DNA from: a bacterium
GTDB lineage: Bacteria; SAR324; NAC60-12
Direction: 5' to 3'
Assembly: GCA_965205865.1 (NCBI GenBank)
Contig: CBDBHR010000028.1
Location: forward strand, 128,001 to 192,000
DNA length: 64,000 bases
How positions within the stretch are numbered: the stretch's first letter is position 1; each line of letters opens with the position of its first letter. Positions 63,776-64,000 of the stretch are shown here, in pieces. The position numbers and the translations under genes were made by a program. The notes under the pieces were generated by a model, which was not told where the DNA came from, ran no database searches, and saw nothing but the letters and a program-made list of their open reading frames with translations.

Positions 63776-64000
63776 TTATCTCACCTCGATGCCTTGTTCG
63801 GCTGCGATTTTGAGATCGTCCTCGGAATATTCTATCGAACGAACTTGATCGCCGCTACTTTCAAGGCGAATGAGAACACCTTCCGCCTCATCAAAATCCA
63901 TAGTCGCTTGCGCGAAGCCTGCCACGCAGTCCCAGCTATGTGTCGTGGCCAGAACCTGTATGTTGTTCTCGCGTGCCGTCCTCAGCACCATGCGCCAGAA
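63776..64000 (-). CDS. AAA/ABC ATPase C-terminus (partner of DUF3226), truncated by window edge
   Basis: W..V...A...NIQVLATTHS.DC and terminal EVR. Confidence 0.8.
   Translation of the reverse strand, partial: FWRMVLRTARENNIQVLATTHSWDCVAGFAQATMDFDEAEGVLIRLESSGDQVRSIEYSEDDLKIAAEQGIEVR

Noticed and set aside
1-64000. CRISPR array, rRNA, tRNA, integron attC array
   Set aside because: No regularly spaced repeats, cloverleaf or convincing RYYYAAC...GTTRRRY stems seen by eye; short RNAs could have been missed without a covariance search

Overview
Bacterial chromosomal window; the gene content looks Deltaproteobacteria/SAR324-like, but that is inference only. Bases 1-36,220 are mostly housekeeping and catabolic genes: cysNC (partial), a PLP enzyme, a sugar ABC ATPase, an internally duplicated UxaA-type dehydratase, gcdH, an acyl-CoA ligase, an MFS transporter, DsbA, hflC, a TrmH-family gene, the rsmD-uppS-cdsA-dxr-rseP-tlyA run, yejABEF, an AICAR formyltransferase and yebC-ruvC-ruvA. 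This part also holds a ParB/KaiB chimeric ORF, two damaged genes and a REP-like palindrome. From about 36,220 (right after ruvA, with no ruvB) to the window end is a defence island. It contains: (1) a type I R-M locus with an HsdM-HsdS fusion frameshifted in its NPPF motif and an orphan specificity fragment; (2) two HEPN (RxxxxH) proteins; (3) a tightly coupled operon of C5-methyltransferase, MORC-type ATPase fused to a histidine kinase, receiver protein and Vsr, with no restriction enzyme; (4) an OLD-like ATPase-TOPRIM protein; (5) a DUF5131-TcmP'-HTH-DUF4065 fusion with a RelE-like toxin; (6) a SocA/Panacea-like gene split by an ISNCY element that is itself split by an IS1182; (7) a VapBC45-like pair, an IS1380-derived mini-element and an AAA/DUF3226 pair. 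No rRNA, tRNA, CRISPR array or integrase was recognised. Family calls come from motif recognition, not database searches.
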